The notes under the pieces are model-generated. The model ran no database searches. It was not told the DNA's origin and saw nothing but the letters and a program-made list of their open reading frames with translations. From contig JAWODN010000076.1 in NCBI GenBank assembly GCA_046483285.1, positions 16,369-80,368 of the forward strand: 64,000 bases of DNA, read 5' to 3'. Shown here one piece after another: positions 8,663-18,241 of the stretch (its first letter is position 1; every line of letters starts with the position of its first letter). A program made the position numbers and the translations under genes. Origin of the DNA: Candidatus Aminicenantes bacterium (GTDB taxonomy: Bacteria > Acidobacteriota > Aminicenantia > Aminicenantales > Aminicenantaceae).

Positions 8663-9451
8663 TCACTTTCGAATGATATCCCTGTATGTATCGAACAGAT
8701 CCCTCAGCTGGTCTTCTGTGACAATATATCCGCTCATATAAATGGACAGATTGGACCTCTGGGAATCGTTGGTCTTCAAAAGAATATATTCCCTCAGCAG
8801 CCCGGTGGAATTCCCCGGCTGCAGCTGGATTTCCACGGACTTTGATTTCCCGGCCGGAATTTTCACAGGACCCTGGATTTCATCCCTGCCGCTCAAAAAC
8901 AACGCGTTTTTGTGAGACAGATTGACTTCCAATTCCAGCTCGCCGGTATTCCTGATGACGGCGTCCGCGGCTAATTTTTCCCCCTCCAGAACCAGTCCTA
9001 AATCAATGCTGTACCGGTCCAAACCGATGCGGGGGCGCGGAGGCACATCAATGGAAGCACTCACCGCCAACTGCACATGGGAACGCCGGGGGTCATTGGA
9101 ATGAACGTACACATATTTCGTCACATTCCCCGAGTAGCCGCGGGTGTTGAAGGTGACTTTTATTTCTCCCTTCTCCCCGGGAGAAAGTTTTTTTTGAGAA
9201 ACCAGGGCGGCCGCGCATCCGCATGAGGTCCGCACACGCTGAATCTCAAGGACGGCATCTCCTGTATTCTTGAAGGAGAACACATGAGTGACAACCTCAC
9301 CCTCTTTTATCCGGCCGAAATCCCATTTTTCCTGACTGAACGTGATTTCAGGTCCTTGGGCGGCGGCCGGACCCACGGAAAGAAAGGCTAAAAAACATAT
9401 CCAGCCCGGAAAAAAGATTCCTTTGTTCATGGCTATCCATCTCCTTTTCAA
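8663..9451 (-). CDS. Secreted protein with two DUF1573 domains
   Basis: Signal peptide, then 'WDFGRIKEGEVVTHVFSFKNTGDAVLEIQRVRTSCGCAAA', the DUF1573 hallmark. A second Ig-like repeat follows. The start may be ATG 9430. Confidence 0.8.
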   Translation of the reverse strand: MKRRWIAMNKGIFFPGWICFLAFLSVGPAAAQGPEITFSQEKWDFGRIKEGEVVTHVFSFKNTGDAVLEIQRVRTSCGCAAALVSQKKLSPGEKGEIKVTFNTRGYSGNVTKYVYVHSNDPRRSHVQLAVSASIDVPPRPRIGLDRYSIDLGLVLEGEKLAADAVIRNTGELELEVNLSHKNALFLSGRDEIQGPVKIPAGKSKSVEIQLQPGNSTGLLREYILLKTNDSQRSNLSIYMSGYIVTEDQLRDLFDTYRDIIRK

Positions 9452-9507
9452 TTCCTGACTGCAGCCAGGTCCGGTTTGCTCATTTGAAACGGTTCCCTTG
9501 CGGCATG

Positions 9508-9552
9508 GATCAGGGAAAACTCAGGGTAAATATTACCATTTTTTCCCTGATC
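9508..9552. repeat. Perfect 12-bp inverted repeat enclosing a smaller palindrome
   Basis: 'gatcagggaaaa' (9508-9519) pairs with 'ttttccctgatc' (9541-9552). The loop contains 'ggtaaatattacc'. Confidence 0.8.
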
Positions 9553-9613
9553 AGAAAAGCCGGCCCCGGCAATAAATTTCCCGGGAGGGGTGGTATGGGT
9601 GATATGGGGCGGG

Positions 9614-10129
9614 CTATGCGGTGTTATCCAGTGGAATAATTTCAGCCCGGCGGTTTTCCGCATCCAGGAGAGCCACGGTTTTTTTCCCGGCCAGCCAGCC
9701 TCCGGCCTCTCCCGGATTCACCACCAGGCAATGGCCTTCTTTGCGGATCTCGGGTTTATGGGTGTGCCCAAATATAATGACATCATAATTTCCGGAATTC
9801 AAAAAATCATGAAGCCGGCTGTCCGTATGAGTGAGTAAAAAATTCAGCCCCTTCCATTCAAAACAAAACGGTTCGGTTTGAATCTCCCCCCATCCCGCCA
9901 GTGTGCTTTTCAGTCCCTCCTTCTCACCGTCGCAATTCCCAAAAACAGCCTTGACCGGGCAGTTTAATTTTTTCAGTTCTCCGGCTGAAAAAGGGGCCAC
10001 AAAATCTCCGGCATGAATAACCAGGCCGCAAGACAACCTATTAAAAAGAGACACCGCTTTTTTCATTGCGTCACGGTTATCATGAGAATCCGACATAATC
10101 CCGATAAAGTCAGCCTTTTTCGTATCCAT
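9614..10129 (-). CDS. YfcE/MJ0936-family metallophosphoesterase
   Basis: 171 aa with the motifs 'SDSHDN', 'HAGDF', 'GNCDGE' and 'GHTHKP'. Confidence 0.85.
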   Translation of the reverse strand: MDTKKADFIGIMSDSHDNRDAMKKAVSLFNRLSCGLVIHAGDFVAPFSAGELKKLNCPVKAVFGNCDGEKEGLKSTLAGWGEIQTEPFCFEWKGLNFLLTHTDSRLHDFLNSGNYDVIIFGHTHKPEIRKEGHCLVVNPGEAGGWLAGKKTVALLDAENRRAEIIPLDNTA

Positions 10130-10257
10130 GTTTTTATCTTATCTCTAATCAGGCCTGCGGTAAAGGAATGCGAACAGATTCCCCCTCCTCGCTCCTGGGG
10201 CGTTTCTAATCCACGGAGAGGAAAGCCCCCGCGGGCCCTCCTGTAAAATACCCCGCC

Positions 10258-10287
10258 TTGACAGCCTCACGGATCCTTCTCTATAAT
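10258..10287 (+). promoter_or_regulatory. Consensus sigma70 promoter
   Basis: TTGACA (10258-10263), 18 nt, TATAAT (10282-10287). It lies about 120 nt upstream of ATG 10409. Confidence 0.55.
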
Positions 10288-10408
10288 TTCAAAAGGCTTC
10301 TCAACCTGAAAGAAGAAAAATAAGCGAGGCGGGACATCCGCAAAAAGCGGAATTTGCCGTTTATTCTTTCAGGAACCGTCCGAGTTGATTTTTTTCAGGC
10401 AGGTCATA

Positions 10409-11614
10409 ATGACATATCCAAAACGAATGCTAATCATCGCCTGGTGGTGGAGTGTTTTCTTTTCCGTCTTAATAACCGGCGGCGCCGCGGCCTCTCAGGA
10501 TATCGAATTGAAGGTGGTCACCGAAGTCGCCAATATCCGCACCAATCCTGATATCGGAAGCCCCATATTGCATCAAACTGAAAAGGGCAGCCTGCTGGAA
10601 TATCTGGACAGGTCCGGAGAATGGTTTCACGTCCGTTTGCAAACGGAAGAGGGAAAAATTCTGACAGGATACGTCCATAAGAGTTTAGTGGTGGGGCTGG
10701 ACCCCCTTCCGGTTGAACCGAAATCCAAGCCAAAAGAACAAAAAAAAGAGGAGATGGCACAAGAAGACCCTCCTGAAGTCGAAATCATTCGTCCGGAAAA
10801 AACCAGGACTCAGCAGGAAAGACGTCCCCCCCGGATAAAACCGGAACGTCCCCCGGTTTTATTCTCATTAAAAGGGGGTTTTCATTATTCCCTCGGCGGC
10901 GATCTCAACACAGGAGCAAAGGGCCTGGCGCATTATTACCAAAACCGCCTCAATGTCTCCAATCCCGTCCAGCCCGATCCCCATCATCTCAATTATTTAG
11001 TGGGTGCTGATATATCCATTCCTCTTTCATCCAGGTTCTACGTGGGGGTAGGAGGAGATTATTATTCCGGAGAAACCGGAAACACGCTGGAATTCGGGTC
11101 CGAAGGCAGTTCCGTCAATGTCATAACCCGCCCCGGTTTGAAAGCCGTACCCATAAGGTTAACTGCGGACTTTTTCCTGTTCCCTGTTTTGTATATTCGA
11201 GCCGGAGTGGAATATTATTTTGCCTCTTGTTCCTATTATTACCGTTTTTCCCAGGATGATTTTTGGCAGGAATGGACAGGCCGGGCTGAAGCCCGGGGCC
11301 CCGGCTTATTGGCTGGATTGGGATTCACTCAAAATCTGACCCGGAACCTGGATATCTTCGTTGAATCCACGGCGCGGTACGCCGGAATCAGTGGATTTAA
11401 AGGAACCAACTCGTATCAGGATTCAACCGGGGTTTCCTCTGAGGAAACGGGGGAGCTTTATTTTTACCAAGCCCAGGCCGGACCGGAAAAAAAGTTCCCT
11501 TTGCTTTTTATCCGCAACCGGAAACCATCGGAAGCCGGAGTCCTGGACCCGCAAAAAGCCGTAGTGGACTTTTCAGGTGTCTCGGCGGTGTTCGGCTTGA
11601 AATTACGCTTTTAA
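10409..11614 (+). CDS. Putative outer-membrane protein: signal peptide, SH3b-like domain, Pro/Lys/Glu linker, beta-barrel
   Basis: ORF 10385..11614 (TTG); ATG 10409 gives 'MTYPKRMLIIAWWWSVFFSVLITGGAAAS'. 'VANIRTNPDIGSPILHQTEKGSLLEYLDRSGEWFHVRL' is SH3b-like. The C-terminal half is Y/G/S-rich alternating sequence ending 'FGLKLRF' (terminal Phe). Confidence 0.6.
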   Translation: MTYPKRMLIIAWWWSVFFSVLITGGAAASQDIELKVVTEVANIRTNPDIGSPILHQTEKGSLLEYLDRSGEWFHVRLQTEEGKILTGYVHKSLVVGLDPLPVEPKSKPKEQKKEEMAQEDPPEVEIIRPEKTRTQQERRPPRIKPERPPVLFSLKGGFHYSLGGDLNTGAKGLAHYYQNRLNVSNPVQPDPHHLNYLVGADISIPLSSRFYVGVGGDYYSGETGNTLEFGSEGSSVNVITRPGLKAVPIRLTADFFLFPVLYIRAGVEYYFASCSYYYRFSQDDFWQEWTGRAEARGPGLLAGLGFTQNLTRNLDIFVESTARYAGISGFKGTNSYQDSTGVSSEETGELYFYQAQAGPEKKFPLLFIRNRKPSEAGVLDPQKAVVDFSGVSAVFGLKLRF

Positions 11615-12253
11615 CAGCAATGCGATATGCTGGGCATGCCCCCCCTTGAACAGGGGAACGGCAGCCGCCACTTCAAAATCAGCCGCTCTGCAAATCCGTG
11701 CAAATTCCTGTGGAGTGACCATGTGTATCCGGGTGGCGCTTTTTTTGATCTTTCTCCGCACCCGCCTTTGCCACTGGTGCAGCCGGTTCTTTTGGTAATA
11801 CGAACAAATCACCCAATGCGTAGTCACCCGGGCGTATTCCCGCAAAACCCGGCTGCGTTCGCCGTCTTGGTGGATATGATGGAAAAGGCGCATGGATAAA
11901 ATTCCCTGAAAGGCCCCGTCCCGGAACGGCATGCCCTCCAGGATGTCGCCGGTGACTCCAAGAGTCCGTTCCTCTCCCGCATACCTGCGGTTCGCCAGCG
12001 CCCGCTCAACCATGGCATGAGAGATGTCACTGCTCACCAGCTCTTCTGATTTCATTCTCAACAAGCCGGAAAAGCGACCGTATCCACAGGGAACATCCAA
12101 AATCAAGCCGGATCCGCCGCCTGCTTGTTCCAACAATCTCCGGATGATCCTGCGCTCACGCCGGTCCACCCATTTCTGATCCCAGCTCCGGTACCGCTTA
12201 CGTTCATATTCCCGAACTTCATGGGGTTGAAACGTATTTTTTTTGAGACTCAT
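11603..12253 (-). CDS. Class I SAM-dependent methyltransferase
   Basis: 216 aa with motif I 'ILDVPCGYGRFS'. Confidence 0.75.
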   Translation of the reverse strand: MSLKKNTFQPHEVREYERKRYRSWDQKWVDRRERRIIRRLLEQAGGGSGLILDVPCGYGRFSGLLRMKSEELVSSDISHAMVERALANRRYAGEERTLGVTGDILEGMPFRDGAFQGILSMRLFHHIHQDGERSRVLREYARVTTHWVICSYYQKNRLHQWQRRVRRKIKKSATRIHMVTPQEFARICRAADFEVAAAVPLFKGGHAQHIALLLKA

Positions 12254-13584
12254 TTTAACCCCTTCACCATCGCCGGATGGTCAAAAAACAAATATTTGGG
12301 GCTTCCGGACAGCTCAATCCCCACGCCCGGTCTTTGGATATTTTCCCCGTCCCTGCTAAGAATCCTCTGGGGTTTCCCGCTGAATTCCACCCTTGCCGGC
12401 GAGGACTCCGACCACGCCGCCACTAATTCCCGGGAATCTTTTTGGAAGCGGTACAGGTGAACCCGTCCGGCCACAGTTTTTTTTTGGAACACCGCCCCCG
12501 GCAGAATATCCATCAAGGTTTTCAACGCATAAAATGCGGGCCGTTTGCGCCAGCCTCCCCCGCGGGGATCGATCAGTCCGTAGCCCGGCGCCGCCAATTG
12601 CCACCAATACATTCTTTCCACAAAACCAGTGCATAGGGCCGGAATCATATACCTGACCATGTAGTCGGCCTGAGTTTCCTCACTGACATTGGGTTTGCCG
12701 GCTGCCGGAGAATATTTGCCGGTCCCTTTCAAAGGCCAATTGAATTCGGTAATCCAAATCCCGGTTGGATTTGGAGAACAGGCGTCCGCTACGGCCTTCA
12801 GCAAAACTATTTTTTGGACGGCATTCCAGCCGAACTGCCGGTTTTCCGGCGCACCCACCCGGTCCACATACAAAAGCGAGCTGATTTTATCAAAATCGAC
12901 CCGTTTTATGACCGGGGGATACAAATGAAACTCAAAATCAATAACCGCCGGCCCCACCATACGGATATCAAAATCCGCGGCTGCGGCCGCGGCTTCCCCG
13001 GCGAGTTGGGTATACTCCCTGTGGTCCCACACCCCCCATTTGGTCCGGTTCCAGGCGTGGCCGATTTCAAAATAGCGGCACCTGCCGGAAAAATTTTTGA
13101 AAACCAAATGGAGGAATTCCCTCCACTTCGCAGGCCGGACCACATCTTCCCGGCATTGCAGCAGACTCAGGACCACATCCAGCCCTTCGGCATGAAGCCG
13201 TGCCGCAAACTCCCGGTAATAGTCCAGGCGGTCTCTGTTCCAGGAAGGGATACGGACAAGTGTGCGCCGGATTCCCGCCTCCCGGAAAGCGGACAGCAGG
13301 CGCGCCCACCGCCCTGATTCAGGAGAAACCGCCACTCCCAATGGCGCAGAAAACGGCACCGGCCGGGCATGCAGCTCCCGCCGGAAACGGAAATACCGGC
13401 TGAGCGCCGGTCCCGCTTTCAGCCAATTCGCCCATAACAGCCGGAGATATCCGCCTCCATACCGAAAATGGCGCCGGAAACGTTCTTCCCGTGATGCGAC
13501 ATTATGGGGCTGGTCCGCATAGGGATTCCAACGGAATTCCGGACCGGAATCAAATGAATCAATCATAAACCCAACCCGGCACAA
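12250..13584 (-). CDS. Hypothetical protein, clan GH-A-like TIM-barrel glycosidase fold (tentative)
   Basis: 444 aa. 'GIWITEFNWP' resembles the nucleophile strand (xTE[FY]) and 'YFEIGHAWN' the acid/base strand of clan-A glycosidases. Assignment is from memory of motifs only. Confidence 0.45.
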   Translation of the reverse strand: MCRVGFMIDSFDSGPEFRWNPYADQPHNVASREERFRRHFRYGGGYLRLLWANWLKAGPALSRYFRFRRELHARPVPFSAPLGVAVSPESGRWARLLSAFREAGIRRTLVRIPSWNRDRLDYYREFAARLHAEGLDVVLSLLQCREDVVRPAKWREFLHLVFKNFSGRCRYFEIGHAWNRTKWGVWDHREYTQLAGEAAAAAADFDIRMVGPAVIDFEFHLYPPVIKRVDFDKISSLLYVDRVGAPENRQFGWNAVQKIVLLKAVADACSPNPTGIWITEFNWPLKGTGKYSPAAGKPNVSEETQADYMVRYMIPALCTGFVERMYWWQLAAPGYGLIDPRGGGWRKRPAFYALKTLMDILPGAVFQKKTVAGRVHLYRFQKDSRELVAAWSESSPARVEFSGKPQRILSRDGENIQRPGVGIELSGSPKYLFFDHPAMVKGLK

Positions 13585-13593
13585 AGGACCTCA

Positions 13594-14424
13594 TTAAATA
13601 CGCAGGGCCCGGGCCATTTTTTTTAACTTCAGTTTTTTTTTGGTTTTGATATACCAGGAAAAAACGGATTTGTTCACCCGGTACCATCCCCAAAACAGGG
13701 AGGAGGAATATCCTGGATAGCTCCGAATAAAGAAACGCTGATATGCCGCGGGAACCCCCAGCCGGATCAGGTTTTTCGCCCTCGACAAAAAACGGATCCG
13801 TTTGCGTTCTTTTATTCGGTTGGTATCCAACAAAAAAAAGCCGTATTCCCCGTTCCTTTTTTTTGAAACCAAGACATTTCCATCTGAAAGATCACGGTGA
13901 AGAACGCCTTTTTCATGGCAAACGTAAAGAAAAGCAGCCAGATGTTTCAGCAGGACCTTTATTTCTATTCCGGAGGGCTCCAAAAACAGCCCTCTTATTT
14001 CCACGGCATCCGGGATAAATTCGCAAAAAAAATAACCGTTTTCACCGAAATGGTTTTTTGGGGGCTCCAGGAAAGCCGCCGGAGGAGGCGTCGGGATACC
14101 CTTTTTCTGGAGAAAACAGCTTCCCCGCCATGCTTTTTGGGCTTTGGAAAGCTGGAAGCGGGCTTTGAGGCGATCGATTCCGCCGGCGCGGAACTCTTTA
14201 GTCACCATGCTTTTTTCTTCCTTTCCGGCTGCAAAAGAGATGACCCCCACCCGGTTTCTTCCTTCCAGCAGCAGCCTCATATCCGGATGGGACCAAAGGT
14301 TGCCCGGGGGACAGAACATCTTGATCCATTCCGAATGATCATAAGCTTTATGAATCCGGCCGGAGAATTTTCCGCAAGTCAGAATTCTACTGAATTCATT
14401 CTGTTCATCCACCATTTTTTTCAT
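13594..14424 (-). CDS. Lipopolysaccharide kinase (Kdo/WaaP) family protein
   Basis: ORF 13594..14664; ATG 14424 ('MKKMVDEQ') avoids overlap with the divergent Trm112 gene. Catalytic loop 'VLHRDLSDGNVLV'. Confidence 0.65.
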   Translation of the reverse strand: MKKMVDEQNEFSRILTCGKFSGRIHKAYDHSEWIKMFCPPGNLWSHPDMRLLLEGRNRVGVISFAAGKEEKSMVTKEFRAGGIDRLKARFQLSKAQKAWRGSCFLQKKGIPTPPPAAFLEPPKNHFGENGYFFCEFIPDAVEIRGLFLEPSGIEIKVLLKHLAAFLYVCHEKGVLHRDLSDGNVLVSKKRNGEYGFFLLDTNRIKERKRIRFLSRAKNLIRLGVPAAYQRFFIRSYPGYSSSLFWGWYRVNKSVFSWYIKTKKKLKLKKMARALRI

Positions 14425-14563
14425 ACTCCCGGGTAAAATATCACTCCCGGATTTTCCTGTCAAACCAAAGGATCCCCCGGCCCGCTCATCATCCGGATTG
14501 GTTAAAATAATCCAGAATAGACAAAGGGGGGATGGTTGAGCTAACATAATGAAATAGGAGTTA

Positions 14564-14755
14564 ATGATGACCCTAGATAAACATCTTCTGGACATTCTGG
14601 CCTGTCCCGTCTGTAAAACCGAGGTCAAAATCACCCGGGATAAAAACGGCCTTAAATGCACCAAATGCCACCGCGTTTATCCCATCAAAGATGATATTCC
14701 TGTGATGCTCATCGATGAGGCTGAGATTGACCCCGAAAAACAGGTTGAAGATTGA
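14564..14755 (+). CDS. Trm112/YcaR-family zinc-ribbon protein
   Basis: 63 aa: 'LLDILACPVCKTEVKITRDKNGLKCTKCHRVYPIKDDIPVMLIDEA'. Confidence 0.8.
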   Translation: MMTLDKHLLDILACPVCKTEVKITRDKNGLKCTKCHRVYPIKDDIPVMLIDEAEIDPEKQVED

Positions 14756-15782
14756 CCCGGACGGGCTGAAAAAAATTCTTATAATCCGTCTCCGCCGGAT
14801 CGGGGATATCGTCATGACCACGCCGGCGATTCACCATCTTCGCCGGACTTTTCCTCATGCAGAGATATCATATGTGGTGGAGTTTCCTTATGCGGATCTG
14901 TTGTCCGGGCATCCCGATTTGGATCAGGTTCTGGAGCTGCCTCCCCGCGCCGGTTTATCCCGGTTCACCTCTCTCATTCAGCGTATACGAAAAGGCAACT
15001 ATGATGCTGCGGTGGATTTTCACGGCGGTCCCCGGGCGGCGTGGATCACGCTTCTCTCCGGCGCCCGCTGGAAAATCGGTTACAAAGTCAAGTACAGGCA
15101 CTTTATCTACCATTCCCGCCTCTCCCGCAGTCCGGAAACCGGCCCTGTTCATTCCGTTGAAAACCATATCAACCTGGCGGCCTTGCTGGGAGGACAAAAA
15201 ACAAACATCCCAAGGCTCCGCATTGCCTCCCCGCAAATTCAAGAACACCGAAAAATCGAAACCTTTATCCAAAATTCCGGCCTGAGCCGCCAGAAGCTGG
15301 TCACGATACATGTTGGAGCCGGCAACCGCTTTCGGGACTGGGGGGAAGCAAATATGATTCAGCTGTGCCGTGAGCTGAACGCGTTGCCTGAAACGTCCGT
15401 GGTGATGGTAGGAGCCGGGGAAGAGACCGCTGCGGCGGAAAGAATCTCCGGCCGTTCCCGGAGTAACCGGAACAAAATATATTCCCTGGCCGGCCGGTTA
15501 AACCTGCGGGAATTGGCCGCCCTCATCGAAAGGTCCCGTGTTTTTGTCGGCCCTGACAGCGGACCTATGCATATCGCCGCCGCCACGGAAACACCCATTG
15601 TCGCCTGCTTCGGACCCACTCTTCCCGCTCATTTCGCTCCCTGGCGCTCACGCCACACCATCCTTCAGACCCAAATCGACTGCCGCCCTTGCCGCCAGCG
15701 AAATTGTGTCCACGGAGATTTCCGCTGCATCCGGTCCATTCCTCCGGAAAAAGTCTTCCGCGCCTGTCTGAAGTATTTATAA
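14715..15782 (+). CDS. Glycosyltransferase family 9 (LPS heptosyltransferase)
   Basis: 355 aa with 'KILIIRLRRIGDIVMTTPA' and 'GPDSGPMHIAAA'. The start is uncertain (ATG 14715 or TTG 14745); either way it overlaps the Trm112 3' end. Confidence 0.85.
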   Translation: MRLRLTPKNRLKIDPDGLKKILIIRLRRIGDIVMTTPAIHHLRRTFPHAEISYVVEFPYADLLSGHPDLDQVLELPPRAGLSRFTSLIQRIRKGNYDAAVDFHGGPRAAWITLLSGARWKIGYKVKYRHFIYHSRLSRSPETGPVHSVENHINLAALLGGQKTNIPRLRIASPQIQEHRKIETFIQNSGLSRQKLVTIHVGAGNRFRDWGEANMIQLCRELNALPETSVVMVGAGEETAAAERISGRSRSNRNKIYSLAGRLNLRELAALIERSRVFVGPDSGPMHIAAATETPIVACFGPTLPAHFAPWRSRHTILQTQIDCRPCRQRNCVHGDFRCIRSIPPEKVFRACLKYL

Positions 15783-15932
15783 TTCCGGAAATATAAAACC
15801 TTCGGTCCCTGTCCTTATTTGAACTTTTTGGCGGTCTGGTATATCATCTCTTGGATAATGATTCCGAACCCGGCCGGAGGGTCAATGGAAAGACAGGAGA
15901 CAGCAAAATGACAGTGCCGGGTTTCAGCATGG

Positions 15933-17111
15933 ATGGTCACTATGAATGAAAATGAGATAAAAAAACCTCTCATTTTACTGGCATTCGCTTTAATCTTATA
16001 TGCGCTTTTTTCTCTGCTGTCTATAACGCTGAGCCAGATTTTTTTAGGGTTCGCTCTGGTTTTCTGGGTTTATCTGCTGGCCAAAAAAGCCATACGTTTC
16101 GCTTTCCCTGGTTTTTTTTGGGGATTGATCGCGTACGCCGCTCTTTCCTTGCTGTCCTCGGCTATGTCCCATAATCCTTCGGTAAGCTTCGCCCATTCAC
16201 GCAAATTGCTTCTTTTTTTGGTCGTCCCGATGGCTTTCGCCGGTCTCCAGCATCGAATCCATATCTCCCGGGTCAAAGCCGCCCTCTTGGCCAGCGGGTC
16301 GATCAGTGTTGTTTTCTCGCTGCTTTATTTCGCATTACGGGCTCAGCCCGGTGAGCGGATCCGGGGGTTCATGGACCATTATATGACCCAGGCCGGCCTG
16401 CTGCTCTTATTCTGCGCTGTGGCTCTCAGTTTGTTTTTTTTCGAAAAAAGAAAGATCCGCTATGTCTGGGGATCGGTATTTGTTTTGGCCTCCGTCGCTT
16501 TGATTTTGACCCTGACCCGGAATGCCTGGGTCGGGCTGTTGGTGGTTTTCTTTGTTCTGCTGCTTCTCTATAAACCAAAGGCCCTCATTCTGCTCCCGGT
16601 CGGAATCGGCCTGTTTTACATAGCCAGCCCCGCCCATATCAAAAACCGGGCTTTGAGCATATTCAATCCCCAGAGCTATTCCAATGCCCAGCGCATCGAA
16701 TATATAAAGGCCGGCATCGAGATCATAAAGGATTATCCCTTCTTCGGAACCGGCCCTCACACCGTCCATGTGGTTTTCCAAAAACCGGAATACCGTCTTT
16801 CAGAAGACGCCCGTCAAAACGTCCATCTTCACAACAATCCCATTCAAATCGCCGCAGAAAGAGGCCTGCCGGCCTTAGCCGCTTGGATCATTTTTTTGGT
16901 ATGGGCTTTCATTTCCCTGGTCAAACTTCTAAAAAACAAAAATCCTGAGCTCTTTGCCCTGACATCAGCGGCGCTGGCCTCTCTGCTGGCCATGACTGTC
17001 GCCGGACTGTTCGAATACAACTTCGGAGATTCCGAAGTGGTGACTCTGTTTCTTTTTATTCTCACCCTGCCCTTCAGCCGGAAACGTGTCTTCAGAAAAT
17101 CGCAGCAATGA
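15933..17111 (+). CDS. O-antigen ligase (Wzy_C/WaaL) family membrane protein
   Basis: 392 aa polytopic protein with 'LTLTRNAWVGLLV' and 'GTGPHT..H.HNNPIQIAAERG'. Confidence 0.8.
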   Translation: MVTMNENEIKKPLILLAFALILYALFSLLSITLSQIFLGFALVFWVYLLAKKAIRFAFPGFFWGLIAYAALSLLSSAMSHNPSVSFAHSRKLLLFLVVPMAFAGLQHRIHISRVKAALLASGSISVVFSLLYFALRAQPGERIRGFMDHYMTQAGLLLLFCAVALSLFFFEKRKIRYVWGSVFVLASVALILTLTRNAWVGLLVVFFVLLLLYKPKALILLPVGIGLFYIASPAHIKNRALSIFNPQSYSNAQRIEYIKAGIEIIKDYPFFGTGPHTVHVVFQKPEYRLSEDARQNVHLHNNPIQIAAERGLPALAAWIIFLVWAFISLVKLLKNKNPELFALTSAALASLLAMTVAGLFEYNFGDSEVVTLFLFILTLPFSRKRVFRKSQQ

Positions 17112-18241
17112 AAAAAACTTTGAACCGCCGTTGGATTATATTTTCGCTTGTCGCGGTCCTGGGCGTGTATTCGTTTTGGGTGGTTTTCCAGGTCCTGCGC
17201 TATTCCCACCCCACTGATTTATCCTTCCGTTTCCCGAATGAAATCGTGGGAGTTTATCATGTCCATTCCCATTTTTCCGACGGCAAAAAAGACGTGAATG
17301 CCATCGCCGCTGCCGCCGCCGGCTGCAGGCTGGATTTTTTGATCCTCACCGATCATGGAAACCCTAACCTCCAAAGCCAGCAAGCCTCCGGGATTAAGGC
17401 CGGAGTCCTGGTCCTGGGAGGAAGCGAACTTTCCCTTAACCGGGGTCATCTCGTCGCCATGAATATTCAGCCGCCGTTCACACCCTTGTCCGGCACAGCT
17501 GAAATCGCCTCTTTCCAAATCGAACAAAAAGGGGGATTTTCCGTCATCGCTCATCCGTATTCAAAAAGCCGGTGGAGCTGGGGGAAGGAAAACAGATATT
17601 CCGGGATGGAAATCATCAACGCTGATTCAATGCTGAAATCCAGTTTCCCCGGCATCCTTCCTTATCTTCCCATCTTGCTTTTCAAACCGGAAGTCACCGC
17701 CATAAAAATGCTGCGTTATCCCCGCGCAAACCTGATGAAATGGGATGATATAAACCGGCGCCGTCCATTATACGGCTACTACGCCGCCGACGCTCACATG
17801 TTTTACAAAGCGTTGTTTTCCCTTCTGCGCCTGCATGTGCTTTTGGAAAAAAGTTTAGACTCCGATTTCAAAACGGCCTCCGCTCAAATTTATACCGCTC
17901 TTTCGCAAGGCCGTTTTTACAGCGGCATTGACGGAGCCGCGGACACTTCCGGATTCAGGTTTTGGGCTGAAAACCCGGACGGCCGCATCCCCATGGGATC
18001 CTCCGCTCCGCTGACTTCGGCAACACGTCTCCATATTGAGCTGCCGGCGGCTCAATTATGCCGCGTCCGCCTCATTCATAACGGCTCTGTTTTGCCTTTA
18101 CAACCGGAAAAACATATCCAATTCAAACCGGAAAACCCGGGATTCTACCGGGTGGAAGTCACCCTTAAAAAAAGCCTTCTTTCCGAAAACTGCCCTTGGA
18201 TTTTATCCAATCCCATTTACCTGAAGGAGACATTCCCATGA
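17108..18241 (+). CDS. PHP-domain (CehA/McbA-like) metallohydrolase with N-terminal membrane anchor
   Basis: 377 aa with 'GVYHVHSHFSDGK' and 'LILTDHGN'. Overlaps the O-antigen ligase stop by 4 nt. Confidence 0.6.
   Translation: MKKTLNRRWIIFSLVAVLGVYSFWVVFQVLRYSHPTDLSFRFPNEIVGVYHVHSHFSDGKKDVNAIAAAAAGCRLDFLILTDHGNPNLQSQQASGIKAGVLVLGGSELSLNRGHLVAMNIQPPFTPLSGTAEIASFQIEQKGGFSVIAHPYSKSRWSWGKENRYSGMEIINADSMLKSSFPGILPYLPILLFKPEVTAIKMLRYPRANLMKWDDINRRRPLYGYYAADAHMFYKALFSLLRLHVLLEKSLDSDFKTASAQIYTALSQGRFYSGIDGAADTSGFRFWAENPDGRIPMGSSAPLTSATRLHIELPAAQLCRVRLIHNGSVLPLQPEKHIQFKPENPGFYRVEVTLKKSLLSENCPWILSNPIYLKETFP

Noticed and set aside
13594-14664. Long N-terminal extensions in the ORF track for the LPS kinase (to 14664), rfbB (to 24517), xseA (to 39115), trxA (to 32597) and usp (to 5621).
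   Set aside because: The extensions overlap neighbouring genes or repeat modules and lack homology-like sequence. Internal ATGs have better SD sequences or abut the neighbouring stop codons.
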